A stretch of 55,674 bases of DNA, filler included, from Bipalium vagum (Eukaryota), in the NCBI GenBank assembly GCA_037834085.1. It is 3 parts of 3 records of this genome, joined end to end, with 100 filler letters (N's around TTAATTAATTAA, not from the genome) between each part and the next. Parts side by side here need not be neighbours in the genome. Positions count along the whole stretch, not along the records: positions 39,256 to 55,674 come from JBBMKC010112015.1; 2 more parts are not named here. The stretch is one strand, 5' to 3'. Made by a program: the position numbers and the translations under genes. Shown here piece by piece: positions 39,428 through 52,217 of this stretch. The notes under the pieces are model-generated. The model was not told the origin of the DNA. It searched no databases and saw nothing but the letters and a program-made list of their open reading frames with translations. How positions within the stretch are numbered: position 1 is the first letter of the stretch; the number at the start of each line of letters is the position of its first letter.

Positions 39428-40491
39428 GCCATACTCACTGAGCTCAATAGCAAAAAAGAAGGGGTCTTCGAGGGAAATAAGGATTATTTTGATTCCATTT
39501 ATGCTTTGAAAGAAAGATCTCAAGGTCTCATTGCGATGATAAATGTTAATTAATTATGTCATTTTGATAAATTAATTTTCAAAAATGGTTTAGAAGAGAC
39601 TGGGCCTGTTAGAGCGCTACTCTCAAGAGCTTGACATATTCCATCAAATGGTTGGAGAATGGAACGGTTGGTATGACATAACAAAAGTGTCAAGAAGCCA
39701 AATAAGTCTGGAAGGCGAACCTACCATTGTTGACAGTATAAAACGGCTTTTGGCAGTACGAGAGGAAAAGTTCGAAAGTATCATAATGCTCACGTCTAAA
39801 GGAGAAGAGCTCTTGCCATGTCTAACCGCAGAAGTCCGAAAAGAGATTGAATCGTCAATAAGAAGCTGTACGAACAAGTGGCATGACATATTCGATGAGT
39901 TACCGATTCTCCTTGAAATCTGTGAAGAAAATTGCCGGGAGAACAGTTCTCTTGAAGAGGCTCTCGAAACAACAAGGCTGAGACTGGACCATATTCAACA
40001 AAATTTGTTCGAGAATATAGACACAGTAAATCCTTTGAAGATACACTTCCCAATCGGCCCAGACAATCAACTGCGTCAACTGCAGCTACTTTTTTCTTTA
40101 TACCAAGATACCAATGCCTTAGGGTACGGAATTCAGAGAATTGAAACGTCTGCGATCAATGGCGAAGATGGCGACATCACCTCTAATATCAATGTTGTAA
40201 AGGGTCAGCATACTACCATAATGAACTTGATACAAGAAGTAAGGCGACTTGTCTTGGAAAGCCACCAAAATCAAAGGCTTTTTAATGAAATATTCTTGAA
40301 AGCTCAAGATTATCTGGAAGGAAGAAGAGTAAAACTCTCTCTTTGCCAAGCCACAGAAGGAACACAGAGTTCCATCAAAACAAGGATGGTCGCAATTCAG
40401 GTACTCAAAGATTCTGTTCGTTTCTTTCACTTAATCTTGTATTTTGTTTTAATCAAAAAAATATTTTATAAATAAAACTTTTTTTGAATTA

Positions 40492-40535
<44 letters not shown>

Positions 40536-43500
40536 TAAATTATAAATAATAATGCCAATAATAATAGACCATATAAAATAATATTTAATTTGTTCCCACC
40601 AGGAATTGAAGAGTGAAAATGATTTCTCCTTTAAGCATTTGATCAAGGCCTTTGATGAAACCTTAAAAACAAGTGACAGAATTGACCAGGAGATTCTGAA
40701 AGGTCGGTTTGAATCAGTTTTCAATGAGAAGTCGTTGTTGGAAGATCGCATAAGGTCGACGTACTGCTTTCTGGAATCGGCACTCATAAGCTTTGAAGAA
40801 TTTCACACAAAATACCATGCTCTATCCACAAACGTCCATAACATGACACTGGATACTTCTAAATATCACAGTGAATACTCCAATGGTCTTAGAAAGATGA
40901 TTGAGGACTTCCAGATCCTGTCGGATGACGAGAGAGATCTTCATAACTTGGCGTCAAAAATCCAAAGAGACTACAATGACCCATATCCTTTGAAGCTAGC
41001 AATTGATCTTGAAGATAAACTGAAAGAGATTAAGATCGTTTTAGAAAATCGTCGTGTTGATCAGGAAGATGTTGCTGATCTTCAGAGTACCTTTGATATT
41101 GAAAAGGAGAGCTTGGACCATTTCCTTGAGACCTTACAATCAAAACTGTCATCCATAATTGCAAATGTCAACGAATGTTCCGATTGTACGGTTTTGAAGG
41201 ATAAAGGTCGGATCATCGATGAGATTGCGGGACACAAACATGAACTGGATCTGAAACTTGGATCATTGAGACTTATTCTTCAAAAGCTTTTCACTTTGTC
41301 TCCTGAACAGCACAGAATTGTGAAACGACATTACACCATGATAAGTAATAAATGTGAAAGGTTTTACCAGGACGTCCTGGAACTTGAAAATCAGTTGAGA
41401 AATATGCTTAGAGATTACCAAGAAAATAACAATAAGATAAATGACCTTCAAAATGAATTGAGTCAAGTGGAATGTCATAAGACCTTCACCATTCCTCAGC
41501 CAAAGCCACTGAAACATGATATCATAAATAACTTAATCAGAGAAAAAGGTCATTTAATTCTGATTCAGGACCTTCTGAATGAAGTCAAGATTAGCTTATC
41601 TGTTCCTGAAACCTTAAGACAAAGCCTAGAGAGCAAAAGGGTCGATCAACTGAATGTAACCGTTACCCTTATCCATGATATGGATAAACAATTAACCGTC
41701 TTGAGACAATCATTGATTGACCAGGATCAATTAGAGAACCTTGTGAACACCATAAAAGACGACTTACATCGTATAGATCTTACCAATAGTGAGATTGATC
41801 AACGTGTCCCTCTGACCAAGATGTTCTTGGAGGACAAGATGAACGATGTCAATAACAATATATCACTGTTGGAAAGGTTCGATGAAAATATTAAAGAAAT
41901 TCTTGTGCAGAATAAACAAGGATGTCAGACCGAAATGGAAAGCTTGAAACAGTTGAAGAAGGATATTAGGGTTTGTCAAGCAGCCTGTCAGTCCAAGAAG
42001 AGGTTATTGGTGGGCGATATTGAAAGCCTAAATCGACTGGATGAAACCATTTACAAGATCCATGAACAGAAGGAAGAGATCGGAGAGAAAATGAGACTGT
42101 TGAAAGGGTCTGTGTTATCAGTAGAGAATCAGAAAGAAGTCTTGGAAAAATCGAATGAACTAAAACGGGAAATTGTGAAGAATGAAGCTAAGATCAAAGA
42201 CGTTGAAGAAAGAATTCTGAAGAAACTGTCTGATGGTGTTAGCAAAGAAGTTCCATCTGCAATGATTGCTAGGGTCAAGAATGAAATCGAAGGTCAAAAG
42301 GAAAGTGTTAACAAAATCATTGAAGACTGTAAAGTTCTCATGTCCACAGAAAAAGACTTTGGAATGCTGTGTAGGAATATCCTGGCTAAAATTGACCTTC
42401 AAAAGAAACAGTTCCAAAACAATCCCACAGTTGGAGAGACTAACTCAAACTGTCAAACTGTGACGGAAATAAAGGAAATGATTTTAAAGTTAGAAGACCT
42501 TTCGTCACCCTGTAATTATGGCAAAGATGAGAGACTGAGACATGTAGAAGAAGGTTGGGCGGACCTAGAAACCATCAGAAATCAAGTAAGATGCAACATT
42601 CATAGAGACGAATTGAAGTCTTTGGATCGTGATAAAAGAATTGATAAATTGAACGTTTGGTGGACAAATATAAAGGGTTCTGTAAAATCTTTCAGAGCCT
42701 CTAAGCCAGGTGGTGATTGGGAAAGAAAACAAAACCTGATCACCATTTCCAATATTGAGAAAGAAGTCAAAGAATGGTCGGTTGAGCTTGACGACCAGGT
42801 GACGTTAATGAAGACCTTTCCAGGTGACGATGTCAATGTGAAAATGTCAAATAAATCAATAAAATTGATGGATAAAATAAACGATTTGCTTGCTGAAAGT
42901 AAACTGGTCGTAGATCTTGGAACGGAACTGGACACCAAGGTGAAGGAGTTCAACACATGGACGAGACTGGTAGGAAACAGGATCTTGGGAATGGAATTAA
43001 AATACGAAGTTTCCTTCGATTCCATAACCTGGGAAACAGACCCTTACGATTCTGTCTTCAGTCTGTTGCAGGAAGGAGAATCGATGATTGCCCTCCTGAA
43101 AACGCTTGGAGACAACCTGAGTGACCACATATCTTCCGAGGGTCAGCGAGATACTGAAGACCAAATAAGGCGATGTTCAGAAGACAATATGAAACTAAAA
43201 GCCGATTTGGAACGGAAAATTGCAATGATGGAGGATGAAAAGCTTTTAATTCAAGAATTGAGAGAAAGATTCGATGCATTCCGAAATCTTTTGTTAAAAG
43301 AGGAAGATACTTCAAAAGACACAGAACGTCTTCTTTCATCATTGAGTGAAAAAAGATCAAATGCTGAAAGATTGCAAAGTTCTTTGGTGAATATTTTTAG
43401 TCAAAAGACCAGTTTAGATGCCTTAAGAGAAAACAGGAAAACAATTCTTTCAGCTCCGAAGTTCAACAGTCTCATGAAAGATCTGTCTTCCAGATATACA

Positions 43501-46500
43501 GGTCTTAAGGTCTCAACAGAAAATCGAATCAAAACCGCGACAGAATGGATCGAAAACCATCAAGGTTATAATGATCAGTACTCAGCACTACAAGACATGA
43601 TCGCCTCATACGATCAAGACTTCCAACTGCTAACATTCCAAAACAGTCCTCCTACTTCACTCAACAACATTGAGGCAATGGAGAACAAAATTATCAAAAT
43701 TTGTACCTTCAAATCAGACTTAGAACCTTACTTACAGGCTGTCATGGTTGAGACCAGTGAAGAAGGAAAGATGATATTGTCCCAGGAGTATAATGGATTG
43801 ATGAGGACCTTTGATGATGTTGTCGAGGAGTATAATCAATTCAAAAGGATATTCTTTTCCCGAAGAACTTTTGAAAAGAGTCTAACAAGTGCTCTAAACG
43901 GTTACACTGTTTGGTTGGATTCCATGGACAAGATTTATGATGTTGAAGATCTTTCGAATGGGATTCAGACTACAACTTTGCAAATGTCTCTGAATACCAT
44001 AGAAAAATTACTTGAGGAGATAACGCGTAGAGAAACAAGCTTTGATGAGTTGTTGGATGAGTCCATGGTGATGGACGATAAGACTTTGGAAAGTTCAATA
44101 ATGAATATGAAAGAGAAATTCCAGTCAAAATCTAAAAGTTTGATTGAAAAACGAGTTCTACTCGCATCCACCCTGGACATCAATGAAAGATATTTAACAT
44201 CGTTAGACGAGTTTAATCTTTGGTCCAACATTATGAACGAAAGGATCCAATATTTTCTTGTTGACGGTAAAAAATCCGAAACTCTGAACAATTTGCTTTC
44301 AGAAAATCTCGAAAGGATTTTCCTCTCCGCCAAAACTGAAGGTCAACAGCTGCTGAACCTGGTTTTAGAAAATGGTCAGGCCTTGAGTGAGACTTTGATC
44401 AGAGAAAGTGACAAGACAAAATTAACTTATCAAGTCACAACCGTTGAAAGCGACTTTTATCAGTTGACAGATAAAATGGAGAACATCGTTAATATTGTGA
44501 ATGATGCTTTGGGTCATTGGAAAAATTACAAATCAAAGATCAGCTGGTTTGAAAAAGTCTCCGAAGATTTTGAAGTGGTCCGTAGAGAACTGGCTTCATC
44601 TCAATGCAAGTACTCAGACAATCTTGAGGAAAGGGTTGAAATGCTGAAGGTTAGTTCATTTTAAATAACAATAATAATAATACATTATTGGAAACTGAGT
44701 TTGTCAGCAAAACATTTATTAGATAAAATATTATACAACATCAGAATACTTTCTCTAAGGTCTGTTATAATTTCTGTCCAGAAATGAGTATAATATTATT
44801 ATACTATAATTAGATTGGTTAGTAAATATGAAATCAATTATTGTTCTTTGATTTCAGCAGTTTGCTCAATTTCAATTCCTTACTCCCCCCCCCACCCCCA
44901 TACCCACTAGACCTATCACCGTTTGATTTTATTTGTTTTTCTCACTAAAGAATGCTCTGAAAAACAAAGTTTATAACAGTGTCAATGAAATACATTTGCA
45001 TGTCATATGATGGATAATTTCAAAAGATAAAAATTTCCTTCAAGCAGTTTTCGACTGCTTACCAATTGAATGGTGTCTATGTGTTTAATCTGGTAGGGAC
45101 AATTTTGAGAAGGAACATCCACCAGATGACTTAATGTAACCATTTGCAACATTATTCACCTTACATAATGTTTTCTGGTGTTGTATAATATTTTATCAAA
45201 TAAATGTTTCGGAAACAGGACTTAGTTTTCAATCCAATATTATGATAATATTATTATTATTAACCAATTGTTTTTATTAGACTTTTGTGAAAGATGTGAC
45301 CGAAGAAAAAAGAAATTTGGTTAATTGCATCTCTGACACAGACAACGAAAGGGAATTGTCTCCGGATACCCAGATGGATGTCAATCTTGAAGACATTTTC
45401 GATAAACTTCATCTACAAGAATTTGATACCCGGGTATGGATTATTTTGGTTATTCACTAATAATTAGTTCAAACTGTCAATTGACATACCCATGCGTTAC
45501 ATGTATCAATATTTTGAACCTCTTTCTCGACATTATTTTTAATTTCGATAAAAGATAAGAATTTATGCACTCCTTTATAGGGAGACCCAAAAAACAACGT
45601 TTTTGATAACATATTTATATTCAGTGTAAAATTCTTTTATACTATGAAATATGAAAAATATATGTTGTTTGAATCAGCCAATTTGAAGGACAAATATCAA
45701 CCCAGAAACCTTAAAATTAAAAATAACCTTATAACACATTTTATCCTAAATAACATTTAATAATGATCACAGGGATGGCAAAATATTTTATAATGTTTTG
45801 CTTTATAAAACATCTTTATAAATGTTACCTTGGAAATGTTTTGTCCAATCGGTTTTAGTGATCACCCATTATAATTTATTAATTTTATATAATAATTTAA
45901 TTTTTGTTTATTTAATTAAGACTCGGATCGAACTTTTGTCTGGAATAATGAATGATAAGGAATCTTTCGACCTCTTATTTCAACAGACGAAAGCAATCGT
46001 TGATAAAACTAAGGAAGACGTCCTGGGCTTTGAACAGATTACAAATAAAAATTCATTAACAGAATTTCGATTAGACTTCTCCGAGTTCCAAGTAAGAATT
46101 TTCAGTAAAAAAAATTATAAAAAATTAACTGTAAAATCCCGAGTATAGGCTGCAGCTGACATTTTATAAAAAATGTTTTTTTAATCGTATAAACTGTAGC
46201 AAATATTGATGAAAAATGTGATGGTTTTGAGGAGTGTGATGTTGAAAATTGAAATAAATAATCTTATCTTCGATTTGAATTGTTTTTTAGTTGTATAAGC
46301 TGCATATCATATTAGCTGCAATTCAAAAATATTGTCTTTATGTACGTATTAGTTGCAGCTTATACTCTGGATTTTACAGTAATATCTTTTACATTGATAT
46401 TCATATGTAATATTATTAATATGATTATCACACAATAGACCAATGATATTGAATAAATACTCTCAATTGTTATTATTATTAATGAGTACTCTCTAGTTAC

Positions 46501-49500
46501 TTGAATCGAAAGTAATCAACGGAAGTCTAATTAAAGAGGAAAGCTTGTTCGCCTCCGTCAAGGTCTCATTAACGTTTGAACAGGACAAATTATTAAAAAG
46601 GATGACATCAAAGATAAATTCCCAATGGAATGGACTGACGAGTTTGACAGAGGAAACCAAAAAGAGAATGGTTCGCCTGATGAACTTGTGGCTGCAAGTG
46701 GACTCGTTGAAATGTCAAACGGAACGGTGGATTAATGACACCAACTGTCAAATTGAGTCCATCAGAAAGGAAGGGTACCAAAGTAGCCACACAACACTGG
46801 AAAACGTGCAACAGTTAAAAGTAATCCTCTGACATTTAAGTTTAAATCCGCAATATTTATGCAATTCTTTGGGTTCCAAATAATATTTATATTCCATAAT
46901 TTTTATTATATTATATTTTCTATTTTATAAATTATAAAAGAAAAGAAGGATTAAAGGGCAATTGTTATTCTTTCTGTCAACCGGGTTAATTAGTCTCGGT
47001 CTTTTTAAAACCTTCCAAGACGCAAGAGATCTCAAAAATAATGAAATTCGTTGAATCCTAAAAATTGATCGAATCAATAATATAAAAATAATATTTTGTG
47101 TTTTCATATGAGCACCCGTCTCATTGGTGTAAGGATATTATAAAACTAACTTTTAAAATTCAAAAATATTTGGTTGAGCAAAAAGTCTGCGTTATTTCGT
47201 ATTGAATTAAACAAGAAAAATATTGAAAGTCTAAATCATTTAAAAAAAAGAAATATAGGATCAATTACCCTCTTGGGACACATATTTCTCAGAAAATCCG
47301 TCTTGATATATGTCAAATAGATGAAAGTTTATTTGGTGTCGCTGACACCAGTTATCAACCATCTGAAATATATTTAGAGGTAGTTGAGAACAGGACAGTA
47401 TAAACTCTATTACCGATAGTTCAAGGTATATTCCGAAGCGGCACAATTATTATTAGTGATTAATGGGGTGCATGATAATATTTTTAAAATTGGATTTAAA
47501 CATTTAACTGTTAACCATTCCGTATATTTTGTAGATCCAAGCACACGTGCAAAAACACAGGCCATAGAAGCGTATTTGGGAAAGGTTAAGTAATGAATTA
47601 AGATCAAGAAGGGTGTACTTGGAGATAAGACAGGTTTACATCTGAGAGAATGGATGTGGAAAGATAATGTTTTCAATGATGATTGGAACATTCTATTAAA
47701 ATAAATTATAAAATTAAAAATAAAGTATATCTAATAAAAATATTTTTAATGTTATTGGTGTATTACGTAAGTATGTTAAAATTGTTATTGGGGAGACAGG
47801 TAATTGATTTTTCTGCGGGGGGAATAGGTTATTGATTCAAAATATATTTTTGTCTTAATACTCAAAGTAGCACGATCATTGTAAGTACGTTATTCTTTAA
47901 AAATTTATTCTTATAAGTTGTAATTATAAAAAAAACATGGAAGGCAATAATCAATATTTTCGTTGCTTCTTGTTTAAATTTCCTAAACAAAACATACAAC
48001 GTAGACCAGAAAAACAAATTTTGAAGTGTATGGAGATAGTCCAGTGAGTGAACACCGGGACAGTGATATAACATTTGAAGATGATGAACGCCTAGTGAGA
48101 CAGTTGTTGATGAGAGTACATATCGAAGATTTGATTAACGAAAACAGATAGTATGCAATGCGTTACATTGCATATTATTAATGCATTTAAAAAGTCGATT
48201 TTAAACCATTTGCATAAGTAAGTTGTGTGCCTCGTTACGTTATTTGGCTGTCACCCCATTTAAATAAAAAATGTAATCGATCGAATATCAATATATAATT
48301 CATTGCTCAAGAGAAATCAGGAAATTCCCTTTCTCAAAAGAATTATTACGGGCGACGAAAAATGGATTTCATATAATATTATCCAGTTCAAAAGAACTTC
48401 AGGAAAACGTGGTGAAAACCCGTAAACCACAGAAGTGAAGAAATTTTACCCATAAAAATATTGCTGTTTATTTGTTAGAACCGGAAAGAAATCATATATT
48501 ATGAGCTAATTAAACAGAATAAAATAATCGATTTCAGTTCGTGGAGTTTATCGATCTGAAACCAGAAAATTCTTAACGAATGGAATTTTCAAATTATCAG
48601 ACAGAGGGCGGCAAGAAGTTGATTTAAATGGTGCATATATTGTTGAATAACATTTTTTATAATAATAAAAAGTCGACTTTTTTTAAAGGTACGAAAAGAC
48701 TTTACTCAATCCGACAATTTAATATAAACGTATCAATTATAAATGTTAATTTAAACAAAGTAAATAAAAATTTTAAAGTATATATTAAAAAATTTTTTTT
48801 TAATTTCATTAAAAAGTATGCAAGGTTAAAGATAAAATTTAAGATCACAACATGTTCCCGTTCCACTCGTGGAATCTCATTATCAGCTTGGGCCAGTGAT
48901 TTTCGATGAGACAAATTTTTAGGTAACATTGAACAAATATCTTATTCAAACCATCAACGATTTCTTTTGCTATTATCGTTGCATTAAGTCATTTAGTGAA
49001 ATGGGGAAAGTAAAACTACTTTCTGGTGATATGTCGTTTCGAGAAAAGAAGTTTGATTTGTAACAATTTGTAAAATGATAAAAAAATCAATAATTGGTAC
49101 AAAAATTTCAAAAAATATTTTCAAAAAAATGTTTTTAACAATGATATCGATCACCAAGTCGTTAAATGGTCGGTTTATTTCATGAAAAAATATCTGGTAA
49201 TATTAGAAACATTCCTTTTGGATAAATTATTTTCGTTTTATTGTACTTCATTTGAGTTAAACAAAAAAATTTTTTGAAGACTTTGCTGAAGGAATCCGAA
49301 ACGATCAAGTTCAGGTTGTCTAAACTCATAGAATTATCGTTCCAAGCAGACTCGTATTCCGCCTTTCCAAAGTCACCGGATGCACTGACGTTGCAGCAAC
49401 GATTCTGCGACTCATTGGAAGCTGTTCAAGTAAAAGAAGTCTTATTTTTCTAATTTAAAATGAAAAGTAATTTTCAAATGAAAATTAAAACAAACTCGAT

Positions 49501-52174
49501 ACATTTGATTGGTCAAAATATAAACATGGCTGAAACATTAGAATTTTACTAAAAAAACAAATAACAAGTTTTTGTTTTTATTAATTTTCAAAAATGGTTC
49601 GCAGATTCTTTCTTTTTAAATTCTTTTTCCACATCCATTCATAAAGGGGTGATGCAGAGTCAAACGATAATCGCCTTTCATCGCAACGATCTTAACCTTA
49701 AGGTTTTCCCAGATAGACTCTATTGTCTTTGTTTGAGCACCCGGTCTCCATTCTTACAAAATTTATCTGATTATTCAAAGTCAGATGTGAATATTTTTTC
49801 AACTTAAGACAATTAAGAGTAAGCTCTCCATTCATTACTCATTATAATTGAACCAGGTTGAGCAACGGCCAATGGGTGAGTACATGGCAGATTTTCTATC
49901 CTCTATCAACTGAAAAAATGAATTTGCATTCTTTGAAACATCAACTAAGCCAAAACCATACAACCCCTGGCCAGAGGCACGATCCATATGGTTTTTAGAT
50001 TTGTGTCTAAGTAAAAAACCTATGACTTAAATTATAAATTCTATTATCCCAAAAATACGAACTCTCAAATTTTTCATGCCTGGCACTCTTTTTAAATTAA
50101 TTATAATGATGAATTAAAACACGAAATATATATTTCATATTAATTATTTAATTATTCTAAAATAAATTACTTTTAATTCATGAGCTTAACAAAAATTATA
50201 TGAACTCATCACGTTTTCTTTGAAAATTTCACCTGCCTCAGACTATTGACGATGATTATATCACATATTATCATTATGATGATGATTATTATTATTATTA
50301 GTGATTATAATAATAATTAATTAAAAATTACAATTATTTATTTTATTCTTTAATTAATTTATTTTATCCACATTAAAAATAACATCTTTTTCTAAGCAAA
50401 TTATTAACCGTCTAAGGGAGTTCTGAAAAATAAACTTCAAAGTCAGATATAAAAATACCGGTTATAAGAAAGTTATTATTTGTTTTAGAAACTAAATATG
50501 GAATTGATTAATGCGCAATCGAAAACGGAGACGCTTCTCCGCGATTTGACGGAAACGGAAAAGTGGCTCCTGAGTACGTCACTGCTCATCAATGAAAGTG
50601 GCCAAAAAGTGCAAAATATGAACAGGTTGAGTGAGTTGAAAGGTCAGATGAAACTGTTCCATGATTTACAATTGCAAATTGACGGTTGCGAGAAAAACAA
50701 ACTTTTCAGTCTGATGGAAAGATCGGAAGAAGTCAAAAAATTACTTTCCAGATCCAGTTCGTTAAGAGTTGACATTTCTGGGAAAATGACCGTTTTGAGT
50801 CAAAATATTCGACAACTTCGATCTATCAACGAAAAATTTAAAGTAAGGTTTCTTTTTGTTGAGAGTGTAATTAAAAAAAAACTATTGGGTCGATACATAT
50901 AAGCCAATCAATAACATGTACTCAAATACAACAGGTTTACAATAATAGCAAACATAGTTAATCAGTAATATATAAATAGTAGTACATAAATAGCAATGTA
51001 TTCTCCATTGTTGATGATTTCTTCCCAATGATGAAGTAGGTTTTCGATTTTTCGTTTAATAAAATCAAAACCATCTTCAAAGGAAATTCCATTTATACTT
51101 CTTGACAGGGATCGGTAGAGATGAAAGTCTGTTGGAGCAAAGTCAGGCGAATATCCCGAATGAGGTAGAATCCCCTAACCGAGTTTCTCAATGACTGATT
51201 TCATCGAAAAAGCTTTTTCTTCCTGAACGTGTTTCATCACAAATATTGAAATTGTTGTTTTTGAATCTTAAAAACCACCTTTGTATCGATCTTCTACTAA
51301 TTGTTGATTTTCTATAAAATTAAGATATGTTTCTAGTGGACTCAGCAGCAGTTATTTCTCGATTAAAATATTAAAATAATAACGGAAATATTCTTTTTTT
51401 CAATCTGGCACTCCATTTCATAAGTTAAATTACAATTATTTTTGAGCAATAAATTTAGGAAATTACTTATTATTTATTGATTGAAGGTTATGTCTATTCA
51501 ATATTAATATCGAATATTTTTAAAAATTATTAGTTTGCTTTATATGTTATATATAATGTTTCTTTATCATCAAAAATAGAAGCAAATTAAAGAACGCCAG
51601 AGTATTGTGAAGGAATTTCAAGAGATCATTGAGAAGGTCGAAGCTTATTTATATCGGGAAATGAAAGAGTGGTGGAAGAAGAAGGGACATACTACCAAAA
51701 CTTTGTCTCCCAATGACTGCACAGTCCAAATTGAAGAGTGCTTTTCCATCTTGGAAAACTTAAAAGTACTTTACATTGTCTTATGATATAAACTTCAAAT
51801 TTTGAAATCAATCTTGTTTAACTAGACAAACAAACCCTTTCATCATTTTCGACAAAAGTGGGGATATATGGAATTATTTTTTAAATAATAATAAAAAAAT
51901 AATAATCCATTGATCACTTGTCAATAAAAGATATCCTATTGCTTTTAAATATATATTATTCAAAATCACGAAAAATTATGTCACAACCTAATAATATATA
52001 TTAACGATAGTAATGAGAGATTCCTATTAAAACGATTTTTACAAACGATTCCAATCAATATAGCATTCATTCATGAACTCAAAAAATAATAACAAATAAT
52101 AATTTAGAAAAACAAAATAATAATGATAATAATTGTAATAATAATAAATAATAATTAAAAAATAAAAAATAATA

Positions 52175-52217
<43 letters not shown>

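Noticed and set aside
39644-44333. Many minus-strand and alternative-frame ORFs
   Set aside because: Shadows of the long spectrin-repeat exons.
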